From assembly GCA_951406725.2 (NCBI GenBank), contig OX597820.1, positions 434,001 to 498,000 of the forward strand: DNA of 64,000 nucleotides, read 5' to 3'. The notes under the pieces were generated by a model. The model saw only the letters and a list, made by a program, of their open reading frames with translations, did not search any database and was not told the DNA's origin. This DNA is from Octopus vulgaris (lineage: Eukaryota). Shown here piece by piece: positions 47,031 through 60,405 of this stretch. Position 1 is the stretch's first letter. Every line of letters starts with the position of its first letter. The translations under genes were made by a program, and so were the position numbers.

Positions 47031-48809
47031 ATTGATTGATTGATTGATTGATTCCAGTTCCAGCCTATGAGCTGTGGCCATGCTGGGGCACCGCCATTTG
47101 GTGTTGCTACTTGGTTTTACTTCATGGGGGCTTTCTAGCAACTGCTATTTGGTGCATGAGAGAGTTCGATGCAGCTGCCCTCATCTGCCCCTCCTGCCGT
47201 GAAGTTGGTTCATCTGGGACACCTGACAGGAAGAGATCCAGCTTCATTTTAAAGACATCTGTATCCACCCCATGCAGGTCTCTCAGGTTCTTCGGGAGGA
47301 TATTGAAGAGCTGTGGGCCTCGGAAGCCCAGGCTATCACAGAATCTTGTCCTACATCTTGATGGCAGGTTTGGAGTCCTAGGCACCACGCAGTGGCGCCC
47401 AGTTCTGGCATTTGTGTAACTCTCGATGCCAAAGTTCAGGACACTTCCCTCCAGGATCTTCCAGATGTATATTATGGCATATCTTTCCCGCCTACGCTCC
47501 AGGGAGTATAATTTTAATCTCTTGAGTCTTTCCCAGTAGCTTACATTCTGCATAGAGGCTATCTTCTTTGTGTAGCTTCGTTGGATCGCCTCAAGTTCTG
47601 TGATCAACTTGACACTGGATGGTGACCATAGCTGAGAGCAATAGTCAAAGTGGCTTAGGACAAGTGTCTTCCAGAGGACCATCATGGTTTCTTGTTCTCT
47701 TGTTCTAAAGGTTCTAAGAATCCAGCCAGCCAGCCGTCTACATTTCACTGTCAGTTTAGCAACATGTACATGAAAGGTCGCGTCATCACTCATGTGAATA
47801 CCCAGGTCACGCACTGATTGTGCCTCTGGGATTGCAATCCCTCCGGGTCCAGTGTATTCATTGGGTATTGCATTCAGTTTTGCATGCTGATAGTATAAAG
47901 CTTGAAACTTTCCAGCATTGAACTGCATGCTATTCTTTTCAGCCCACTTGTATATTTCGTCCAGCTCACATTGCAGGTTTTAGTGTCCTCAGGGTTCTGT
48001 ATTGCCTGTGAAACTTTTGTATCATCTGCATAACTTGTGATCGTGGATCTCTGCGTGGCTGAGGGCATGTCTGAGAGGGCCATTATGAACAGTAGTGGTC
48101 CCAAAACAGTGCCCTGTGGAACACCACTCATTATTTGCGTGTTAATGGAAGTGGCCCCATTGGCTACTACCACCTGACTTCTATTCTTCAGAAAGTCGTG
48201 AAGCCATTCTCCTAGTTTTCCAACTATGCCAAGATCACGCAACCTGTGACATATCATTCCGTGATCGACTTTATCGAAGGCCTTTGCGAAGTCGAGATAT
48301 ATGACTTCCACATTTGAGTGGTTGAGCAGTTGTTTCAGCACCCAGTCATAGTGCTGCAGGAGCTGAGTTAAGCAGCTTCTTCCTGGTCGGAAACCATGTT
48401 GGGTGTCAGGCAGCAAGTCATTTTCTTCAAGGAAGGTGATTAGTTTCCTTCTGACTATTCGTTCCATGACCTTGCTGATGTGTGAGGTCAGAGAGATAGG
48501 TCTGTAGTTCTTTGCCTCCGCTCTGCTACCTCCTTTATGAATAGGGCATATTTTACCTTCCTTCAGTCCCCTTGGAAGTTTGCCAGCTGCAAGGAAGCTC
48601 TGAAAGAGGGACTGCAGTGGTCTTGCTAAGACTCTCTTACATACTTTTAGGAGGATTGCCGGGAATCCATCGGGGCCAGTAGCTGAGTCTATTTTCATTT
48701 CATCTATAGCCTTTATTACATCGTCTTCCTTTATCTCGATGTAACTTATCGTCGCCGCCTCTGATTCTATATCTGCAGTGGTAAAGAAGTCAGTTGGATT
48801 GCTGATTTG
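47028..48809 (-). mobile_element. CR1-like LINE, 3' part, ending at the assembly gap
   Basis: RT ORF 47874-48698 (NYRPISLTS, QHGF, DFAKAFD, GVPQG, YADD), frameshifted C-terminal ORF 47122-47928, (ATCA)n tail. Confidence 0.93.
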
Positions 48810-48819
48810 ATGTATGTAT

Positions 48820-48919
48820 NNNNNNNNNNNNNNNNNNNNNNNNNNNNNNNNNNNNNNNNNNNNNNNNNNNNNNNNNNNNNNNNNNNNNNNNNNNNNNNNN
48901 NNNNNNNNNNNNNNNNNNN
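48820..48919. other. Assembly gap (100 N)
   Basis: Run of n. Confidence 1.
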
Positions 48920-49577
48920 AATTAGAGAATGGAGAAACATACTTAAATCAATAAAACATCAACTATCCGATGATACTCAATCCATACTTTTTAATACACC
49001 ATTACATAGGAGTAAAGGCAATATATAAAATGAAATGAGATATACAGTAATAGTAAAAGTAAAAAAGATAAAGAGATATAAGTAAAAAATTACAAATACA
49101 ATATGCAAATAAATCAAAACTGACAGAATGTTTCGGCAGTGAGGACAGTCATACCTCATTTAACCTATAAGCCATAAAGGCAGGTGTAAATTAGGCATTA
49201 ACAAAGATGCCCCACGGCCTCTTCAGAGAATTAAATTAAATTTGTTATAATAGTGAAAAATATTATATAATCATATACATATAAATATAAAAATATAAAA
49301 AAGTAAAATATAAAAACTTATACATCATAATGCTACACTTGTATAATATAATACATATTTGTACAAAAAGGAAGGTAACCAGAACAAAATAAAACAAAAT
49401 ATATAACAGTGTATATATAATATTAATAAGTACCGATATCATACATATTTAGCTAATAGTTTTTTTTATAAAAAAAAAAAAGGGCTAACACATATGGAGA
49501 TGAAAAAAATAATAAATAATTAAATCCGTGGTACAGTTCATAAAATTCTAAAGCTATAAAAGTTAATAAAAATAACT

Positions 49578-49614
<37 letters not shown>

Positions 49615-52600
49615 GTAATAATAATAAAAAATAATAAAAATAGATACAGTTAAGTTATCACCAAGTCCATCCTTCCAAGATCGAAATAACTATGAGTTAA
49701 GAAATGCTGACCACTAGGTAAAGAAAATTTAGATTAATTCGATTGGCTATTGGTTTGAAATTTAAATCACAAAAGAAAATTATACGGTTGGTTAGTCAGG
49801 GAACGCCAATATTCACACACGCATCTACAGATCAATCGCACATACACACATAGTTATATGTATATACATACACTTGTACATATACATAATCATAAGCAAC
49901 AACTAACACTTAGATAAACAAATAGGGAAGCAACCATGCTAACACTAAGTCCTTCAAAATTATAACTGAGCCTCAATAACAAAAAAAGAACCATCCATGC
50001 ATTCTATAAAATATTTAATTAAGATATAAATGTATTTTTAAATATCAGTATGTTACTAATTCAGATAATTATTTCATGGGTAACTTAAAATTTATAACAC
50101 CGGTTTGTTGCAGAGTAAACATACGGTTGTTAGGTTTATCGTAAGTTTGTTATGATTTAAAGTACGCTAAATTATAAAATATAAAATATAAAATATATTA
50201 ATTTAGATATTATAAATAAGTCACTTATTAACTTAATAAATATAGTGCCAAAATATACCAGTTTAGGCAATAAAAAATACAGAGGGGGAAGTATTAATGT
50301 AAACGCTTATGAGAACATCACAGAAATTTTAAATAAATTTTATATTATAAAGACTTAAGCTGAAAAGAGATAAAATAAATAAAAAGGAATAAATACGAAG
50401 GAATAAATACGGTTATACACATAATTATAAAGTACAAACTAGTATATATGTATTCATATATTATTAAAATTAAATAAAAATAAATGATAGATATGTATGT
50501 ATAAAACTACACCAGTATAAGTAAATAAGTAAAGAATAAATAGGTAACAAATTAAATGACTTGATATGTATGTAAACATCCACACTTAAATAGGCAAATA
50601 AATAAATAGATAGAAGACTAGATGCAAATATTGATAATATTACAATAAAATGGGAAATAAATAAAAATAAATAAAGTGAATATATATATTTTATATTGTT
50701 GAAAGTAAATATGTATGGAAGGATAGTTTAAAGTACAGATCCAGAGGACTATAGATATAAATTAAATATATGAGGCTGGTAACAATTATAAAGCAAAATG
50801 CATGTAAATGAGAAAATGAAAAAAATGAAAAAGGTTTATCAGTGAATAACATAAGATACAAATTAAGGTGAGTACAAAAAGACCAAATATATAATAAAAA
50901 CCTTCCAAATCAGCACATACAAAAAACCCATAATCTCAACCTAAACCCACCAAACTCACAAAAGGCTCTCATATATTACATATTATACAATATCATTACA
51001 TTATCCAGAGCTAGGTATCTAACCAAGATATACATATATACTTTGCAATATACTATGCAATATTGGAAAACTTCAAAAATCACACATTACAAGGCAAATA
51101 CCAAAATGAATATGTTATTTTATGTCATATTGCATTTCTCTTAAAAAAAACAAACAAAAACCCACATACAAAAACCAAGAAACCAATAATACTAGACACA
51201 TCCAGTTAGTTATTATACAAATGTAGCTATAAAAATTATAAAATTATGAAATTTATAAATTGTATACTTTAGAATTATAGAAGACCACAGGTATATTTAG
51301 TTAAAGAAGGGAATTAAAAAATTGATAATAGTGGAAGTGCTAAGTTCTATTTGAATCTAGAAAAGGTGAACGGTAGCCTATGAATACAAAAGAAGCTTTT
51401 CTCGTTAATGTTGTTAATAATTTGCCGACCCGCTTTAATAATGAAGAAAATTTCATTAATACATAGAGAGCATTTTTTATTTTTTCCATTATACACAGGT
51501 GCTGAAGTTAGTATTTTCCAGTTTAATCTAAAATCTAAGTTCTTACTTTTAAGTTCCCAAATATATGCACTTAGCCCTGTAGAGTACATTCTATTTTTAT
51601 TCCTAAAAGTATATCTATGATAATTCCATCTTTGTTTTATGCTATTCATAGTTGCCCCGATATACACTCTACTACTCAATTGTGTATCTACAGTGCATTG
51701 GTAAACTACCTCCTTCCTGAGGCATTGATTACCAAATACACATTTATTTTTATTTCTGCAATTACAAAGATTAACAGAATGAGGAAATCTAAGATTGGAC
51801 ACCACCCCTATACTACTATTCACATTATAAGTGTTACAATTGTTATCATCATCCAAACCCAAAATCAACGAATGAGTTAATTCCACATTATCGGCTATAT
51901 TCCTATCACTAGTACTAGTGTTGGTAGTAGTGGTATGATCTATTACATTTATATTATCTCTGACAGGTATGGTGCACTCATTATTAGTAAGGAGGTTGCT
52001 CCCATTTGTTCCAAGAAAATTTCTATTCCTATTATTAATGAAGAGGGGCAAGTTTTCCTGGTCTAAATTCAATTTTCTATCCTTATAGAAGTGGTCCAGT
52101 TTCTTGTTATTAAAAGAGGAGATGATGGTGGCTAGATTATGAGTAATGCTATATCCCACTCTAACAGTACCGTTGTTAATTAAAGGACTAAATTTATTCC
52201 TATCCTTACCAAAATACCTAAAAATAATATTATGCAAAGCTCTCACTATGTTTGTTTTAATCTGCATTGCATACGGGATAATCAACCAAAGAGTATCCTT
52301 ATCAGAATTAGGATTGCCTATAGAATTAATGTTATTTGTAAAAATCCTATTCGTAGACCAACTCATAGGATTACTATTCTTACCACTGTCATTGTTATGT
52401 CTATCTATATCAATATTACCATGGTTATTGCGCAAGTAAACTTTACCATTATCATGTCTACCATAAGTTTTAATTCGTATATTATTATTAATATTACTAC
52501 TACTACTCGTATGTTTAGATCTATTTGAGCTACCGTTCACCTTTCCAAGGTTAACGTCACTTCTACATTTATTATAGGTGTTATCATATATTCTGTTTTT

Positions 52601-53870
52601 ACTATTCTTATGTATATTGTTGATTATCCTAAATCTATTTGTGTTGTTCTTGATAGTTCTACCTCCATTAGGGGTTCCCTTAGGTATAAACCAAATCTTA
52701 CTTTTATATCCTGCCTTAAGTAATGCTGCATTGTATCTATCACAGTGTTTGTTAAAAATTTCCTCGTTTGAGGATAAACTAGAAATTCTTTGACTAATGC
52801 TACGCACTAGTGCATTTTTAATTTGAGGGGGTGATTACTAGAACGGTTAATGTATATTAGGTTAGAATTAGGTTTAATATAGGGTTCATGTAAACCATTA
52901 GTAATGTTACAATTAACATCTAAATAATTAGCAGAATAATTTTCACTTTCAATGATAATGGATAGGCCGAAGCTTTTAAAAAATTTGTTTATTCTTTTTT
53001 TCAGAAGATCTAATCTCCTATTTGATGTATTCCTAACACAAAATAAGGCGTCATCCCTGTATAATCCGCCTTTTAATTCAGGGAATTCCCTACTAAAGTT
53101 ATCTAATAGATACATCCCAACTAGATCAGTCACCTCCGCTGAGTCCGGCGATCCCATTGTGATATCGAACAAGTTGGGTGTGTCCTTTCTAGCCCAAAGT
53201 TTATTATCAAACTCTATTAAAGTTTTCCTGGCTGTTAGTATAACCTTAATCTCCCCATACTTAATTTAGTGTGTTTTCTAGCAAAAATTAAGGACTTATT
53301 TAATATAATAGGGTTAATTGAAGTGTAATAATTCTGTATATCGAATTGTATAAATTTATTTCTATTATAGCTAAAGTTGTTACTGTCACAGACCTTAATG
53401 GCAGAAAACCAATCCAAAGCACCCTGAGTATTCTTCCAAAGGTTTAGTTTGATTTTATTGCGGATGGTGGGTAGATATTTATCTAGAATGAGTTTACTTA
53501 GTCTGCCTAAGTCAGATTTAGTGGGGCAAATTAATCTGACCTGTGTGTTTCCAAGAAAATTCTCTTTATGATCCTTTAGTGTAATTCTCGGTCTGGATGG
53601 GGTGTAGGGTTCCGTTTTTTCTTCTAGGTAGTAGTCAAATATGATTTCTCTGATCTCCAGGTTCAGCTTTCTAAGTGTACTAGAAGGTACTACTTTGTAT
53701 TTCTTGGTTATTTCCTTGTGTAGAAGATCATGATATGCATTAATGTCAATGTTGTAGATGTTGTTAGTTTTGTCAGAATGTGTTAGAATGCCGCTCTTAC
53801 CTTTGAGAGTTCTAATTAAGTCTTTCAATTCTCTTTGGTGCGGGTTATATATATATATACAGTCTCCCAT
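48920..53870 (-). mobile_element. Penelope-like element (Naiad-like) with RT, GIY-YIG and a ~2.4-kb AT-rich 3' region
   Basis: Frameshifted ORFs 53235-53870 (DKT, ITLKDHK, QFDI..YY.SI), 52807-53172 (FDITMGS.DSAEV, GLYRDDAL) and 51347-52807 (CNC..C..C, VVY..VYIGAT, CSLC..E); hammerhead near the 3' end. Confidence 0.9.
49114..49234 (-). ncRNA. Hammerhead motif with ~85-nt branched stem II
   Basis: CTGAAGA-ggc...gcc-GAAAC-attct-GTC; internal hairpins ggcat/atgcc and gagg/cctc; stem I is weak. Confidence 0.6.
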
Positions 53871-54039
53871 ATATTGTCTAGATGTATATATATATAGTGC
53901 TTGTTAGTTTTAATATTTCTTCATAGGTGCTTATATATCGTTTATAGTGTGTTGTTGGTTTATTTTATATATATATATCCTCCATCTGATCCTATATGAA
54001 TTCATTCATTCTATATATATATGGTCTTGGTATATATAG

Positions 54040-54272
<233 letters not shown>

Positions 54273-56989
54273 ATTGATTGATTGATTGATTGATTCCAGT
54301 TCCAGCCTATGAGCTGTGGCCATGCTGGGGCACCGCCATTTGGTGTTGCTACTTGGTTTCACTTCATGGAGGCTTTCTAGCAACTGCTATTTGGTGCATG
54401 AGAGAGTTCGATGCAGCTGCCCTCATCTGCCCCTCCTGCCGTGAAGTTGGTTCATCTGGGACACCTGACAGGAAGAGATCCAGCTTCATTTTAAAGACAT
54501 CTGTATCCACCCCATGCAGGTCTCTCAGGTTCTTCGGGAGGATATTGAAGAGCTGTGGGCCTCGGAAGCCCAGGCTATCACAGAATCTTGTCCTACATCT
54601 TGATGGCAGGTTTGGAGTCCTAGGCACCACGCAGTGCCCAGTTCTGGCATTTGTGTAACTCTCGATGCCAAAGTTCAGGACACTTCCCTCCAGGATCTTC
54701 CAGATGTATATTATGGCATATCTTTCCCGCCTACGCTCCAGGGAGTATAATTTTAATCTCTTGAGTCTTTCCCAGTAGCTTACATTCTGCATAGAGGCTA
54801 TCTTCTTTGTGTAGCTTCGTTGGATCGCCTCAAGTTCTGTGATCAACTTGACACTGGATGGTGACCATAGCTGAGAGCAATAGTCAAAGTGGCTTAGGAC
54901 AAGTGTCTTCCAGAGGACCATCATGGTTTCTTGTTCTCTTGTTCTAAAGGTTCTAAGAATCCAGCCAGCCAGCCGTCTACATTTCACTGTCAGTTTAGCA
55001 ACATGTACATGAAAGGTCGCGTCATCACTCATGTGAATACCCAGGTCACGCACTGATTGTGCCTCTGGGATTGCAATCCCTCCGGGTCCAGTGTATTCAT
55101 TGGGTATTGCATTCAGTTTTGCATGCTGATAGTATAAAGCTTGAAACTTTCCAGCATTGAACTGCATGCTATTCTTTTCAGCCCACTTGTATATTTCGTC
55201 CAGCTCACATTGCAGGTTTTAGTGTCCTCAGGGTTCTGTATTGCCTGTGAAACTTTTGTATCATCTGCATAACTTGTGATCGTGGATCTCTGCGTGGCTG
55301 AGGGCATGTCTGAGAGGGCCATTATGAACAGTAGTGGTCCCAAAACAGTGCCCTGTGGAACACCACTCATTATTTGCGTGTTAATGGAAGTGGCCCCATT
55401 GGCTACTACCACCTGACTTCTATTCTTCAGAAAGTCGTGAAGCCATTCTCCTAGTTTTCCAACTATGCCAAGATCACGCAACCTGTGACATATCATTCCG
55501 TGATCGACTTTATCGAAGGCCTTTGCGAAGTCGAGATATATGACTTCCACATTTGAGTGGTTGAGCAGTTGTTTCAGCACCCAGTCATAGTGCTGCAGGA
55601 GCTGAGTTAAGCAGCTTCTTCCTGGTCGGAAACCATGTTGGGTGTCAGGCAGCAAGTCATTTTCTTCAAGGAAGGTGATTAGTTTCCTTCTGACTATTCG
55701 TTCCATGACCTTGCTGATGTGTGAGGTCAGAGAGATAGGTCTGTAGTTCTTTGCCTCCGCTCTGCTACCTCCTTTATGAATAGGGCATATTTTACCTTCC
55801 TTCAGTCCCCTTGGAAGTTTGCCAGCTGCAAGGAAGCTCTGAAAGAGGGACTGCAGTGGTCTTGCTAAGACTCTCTTACATACTTTTAGGAGGATTGCCG
55901 GGAATCCATCGGGGCCAGTAGCTGAGTCTATTTTCATTTCATCTATAGCCTTTATTACATCGTCTTCCTTTATCTCGATGTAACTTATCGTCGCCGCCTC
56001 TGATTCTATATCTGCAGTGGTAAAGAAGTCAGTTGGATTGCTGATTTGGAAATGCCCAAGGGGTGGAGTGAAAACACTCTTGAATTGTTCATTCAGTATT
56101 TCACTTACCCTCATTGGTTTTCCTGTGAGTGTGCCATCCTTTTCAAGGAGTGGCCCTATCCTACAGTGCACTGTAGCCGTTTCTTTGGCATACCTGTAGA
56201 AAGCTCTGGGGTTAGTTTTTATGTTGTCTATAGCCCAGGCTTCTTTGTCTGCTCTTTCCTTCTCATGGGAAAGTTGCAGACAATTTTCAATTTCCAACAG
56301 TTTTATTTTCAGGCGGGACTTTTCACTACTTTCAATTTGTTTGTTTAGGCGATTTGAAATTTTTGTACGCCGTCTCATTAAAATTTTCCTCTCTCTGGGG
56401 ATTTTGTTCTTGTGTACAGTGGCCTTTCTCTCTGGGACACATTTGTAGCATATGGCTTGCATTACAGACATGAATTGTTGAAGTATCATGTCGATGTCCG
56501 GCGAGGAGAGACATTCAGGCCAGTTTTGTTTGAGGATCTCTTTTCAATTTGTTTCCAGTTTGCCTTATTGAAGTTCAAGCTGGAAAGATTCTGAGGGTTT
56601 CTTGTAGGCTGCATGTCCGTGCTCTCTTTTGGCCCGTACATGGTCAGCTCTACCATGTTGTGATCCGAGAGTAGTGTCGGTGTCACTTTCACATTATGGA
56701 TGAGATCCATATTATTTGTGAAGCAGAGATCCAGTGTGTTACCTGCTCTGGTTGGTTGCAGTATTACTTGCTCCATGTACAGGGTGTTGGTGAGGTTCAG
56801 GAGGGACCTCGCCTGTCCACGTTCACATCTTGTCATTCCTGGGAGAGAAAGGCCCTCGGGCCATCTGACATTCGGTAGATTGAAGTCTCCCATGAGAAGT
56901 ACACTTATGTGTTGTTCTAATGTGGTTAGAACTTCTTCATTTTTAAAAGGCAGTCCTCGAACTTGCCCATATGACTTGGGGCATCTGGA

Positions 56990-56990
<1 letters not shown>
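54273..56990 (-). mobile_element. CR1-like LINE, 5'-truncated within the APE domain
   Basis: ORFs 56486-56893 (GDFNLP, TLDL, SDH), 55113-56489 (RT) and 54364-55167; (ATCA)n tail; both ends abut (TA)n. Confidence 0.94.
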
Positions 56991-57503
<513 letters not shown>

Positions 57504-58721
57504 GCTCGTTATCTAGGTGACCAAGTCAGTAGTGGGGGTGGGTGCGCTGAGAGTGTAACTGCTAGAATAAGAATAGCTCTGGCAAAGTTAGGAGCTCTAT
57601 TTCTCTGCTGGTGACTAAAGGCCTCTCGCTCAGAGAAGTGGGGCAGATCTGTATGATGCATGTATTCGAACTGCCATGCCACATGGCAGAAACATGGGCC
57701 GTGACTGCTGAGGCATGTGCGTAAGCCATGAGGAATGAAGCCAGTATGTTCGATGGATGCAATGTCAGTGTACTTACTCGACAGAGTGTTAGTTCCCTAA
57801 GAGAAATGTTGTACCTAAGAAGCATCAGTTGTTGCGTGCAAGAGAGACGATTGCGATGGTATGGTCATGTGGCTAAGAATGATGAAGATAGGTGTGGGAA
57901 AGTGCCAATCCCTAGCAGTTGAGGGAACCCGTGGAAGAGGTAGACCCAGGAAAACCTGGGACGAGGTGGTGAAGCACGACCTTCGAACGTTAGGTCTCAC
58001 CATGGAAATGACCAGAGACCGAGACCTATGGAAGTATACTGTGCGTGAGAAGACCCGGCAAGACTAGTGAAGCCATAACCCGTGGCCCCTACCTGGGACG
58101 TAGTCAGTCCGCCTGAGCATACCTTCCTGCTTGTGACACTTGTGAAGACCTGTTGAGGCAAATCAAATCAAAGTCAAATCGAATCAAGTCAAACCAAATC
58201 AAAATAGATGAACATCAATGGAATATGTATCCTTGTGGTACCAGTGCCGGTGGCACATAAGAAAACCATCTGAACGGGACCGTAGCCAGTACCGCAAACA
58301 CCGTCCGTGCGTGGCACGTCTGTCCGAGCCTCGTCTGCCACCTGTGTCGGTGGCACATAAAAACACCATCCGAGCGTGGCCGTCTGCCAGCCTCGTCTGG
58401 CACCTGTGTCGGTGGCACATAAAAAACACCATGCGAGCGTGGCCGTCTGCCAGCCTCGTCTGGCACCTGTGTCGGTGGCACATAAAAACACCATCCGAGC
58501 GTGGCCGTTCGCCAGCCTCGTCTGGCACCTGTGTCGGTGGCACATAAAATCACCCACTACACTCTCGGAGTGGTTGGCGTTAGGAAGGGCATCCAGCTGT
58601 AGAAACACTGCCAGATCTGACTGGCCTGGTGCAGCCTTCGGGCTCCCCAGACCCCAGTTGAACTGTCCAACGCATGCTAGCATGGAAAGCGGACGTTAAA
58701 CGACGATGATGATGATGATGA
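57504..58721 (+). mobile_element. RTE-clade LINE 3' part with many indels
   Basis: [29 protein letters not shown] remnants, 3'UTR repeats and (GAT)n tail. Confidence 0.9.
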
Positions 58722-58722
58722 A

Positions 58723-58865
<143 letters not shown>

Positions 58866-58984
58866 TATATATATATATATACTTTCGTCTGGCACCTGTG
58901 TCGGTGGCACATAAAAAATCGTCCAACCCATGCTAGCATGGGAAAGCGGACGTTAAACGATGATGATGATTATGATATAAATAA

Positions 58985-59008
<24 letters not shown>

Positions 59009-59016
<8 letters not shown>

Positions 59017-60156
59017 TATTATTGAGGGTACTACTATTAGTAGATACCAACATGCTAAGAGGGACCAATGCGGTCAAAACTACTAAAAATAAAAACAAAA
59101 TTTTACCGAATGCAAAACTTCAAAACACATCATTTTAAAAAGAATTCAGTTACATATCACATGTGATTTCGCATTTAATGCAGAATATGCATTTCATGTT
59201 CGTCAGTAAACTCAAGAAATTTAAGAAAAAACATAACATTACAAACTCGATAGCCAACCGTAGAATTGGTCGTAGCTTGTACGAATGTTTATCCTTACAT
59301 ATCTATGAAAATGGCGGGCTTTTTCGCAATGCATTTCGGTAACAAATTGCCTAGCCGGAATAAAAAATTCAGTATTGAACTATTCCGGTGAAAAATATAA
59401 ATTAACAATTGAGGATAAAATCTTTAAAAGAAATTATCAGTAGTCAGAGTGAAAAACCTCCGTAAGAGAAAAAATCCGTAAATTCTTCCTCTTTGAAAAT
59501 ATTCATTTATATTATATTGAGGGTACTACTATTCGTAGATACAAACACGCTAAGAGGGACCAATGCGGTCAAAACTACTAAGATTACGGATTTTTTTTTC
59601 TCTTACGAGGTTTTTCACGCTGACTACTGATAATTTCTTTTAAAGATTTTATCCTCAATTGTTAATTTATATTTTTCACCGGAATAGTTCTAATCACTGA
59701 ATTTTTATTCCGACTAGAAAACGATTTGTTACCGAAATGCATTGCGAAAAGCCCGCCATTTTCATAGATATGTAAGGATAAACATTCTGTGACAAGCTAC
59801 GGCGAATTCTACGGTTGGCTATCGAGTTTGTGAATGTTATGTTTTTTTCTTATATTTCTTGAGTTTGTTGCACTGACGAACATGAAATGCATATCCTGCA
59901 TTAAATGCGAAATCACATGTGATATGTAACTGAATTTTAAAATGATGTGTTTTGTAAGTTTTTGCATTCGGTAAAATTTTGTTTATTTTTAGTAGTTTTG
60001 ACCACATAGCGTGTTGGTATCTACGAATAGTAGTACCCTCAATATAATATAAATGAATATTTTCAAAGAGGAAGAATTTACGGATTATTTCTCTTATGAG
60101 GTTTTTCACGCTGACTACTGATAATTTCCTTAAAGATTTTATCCTCAATTGTTAAT
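59009..60156. mobile_element. Inverted pair of ~495-bp hammerhead-containing units, each terminally redundant, flanked by (TA)n
   Basis: attgagggta at 59021 and 59516; orientation switch at ~59583; ttacggat at 59584 and 60078. Confidence 0.85.
59867..59930 (+). ncRNA. Type I hammerhead ribozyme (mirror copy at ~59149-59210, - strand)
   Basis: gttgca-CTGACGA-a-cat-gaa-atgca-tatcc-tgcat-taa-atg-c-GAA-ATCACATGTGAT-A-tgtaac. Confidence 0.78.
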
Positions 60157-60224
60157 ATATATATATATATATATAAATAAATATATATATATATATATAA
60201 ATATATATATATAAATAAATATAT

Positions 60225-60302
<78 letters not shown>

Positions 60303-60405
60303 ATATATATGTGTATATGTATATATATATGTATATATATATGTGTGTATATATATGTGTGTATATATATATATATATGTGTATTTATATATATATATGT
60401 AAATA

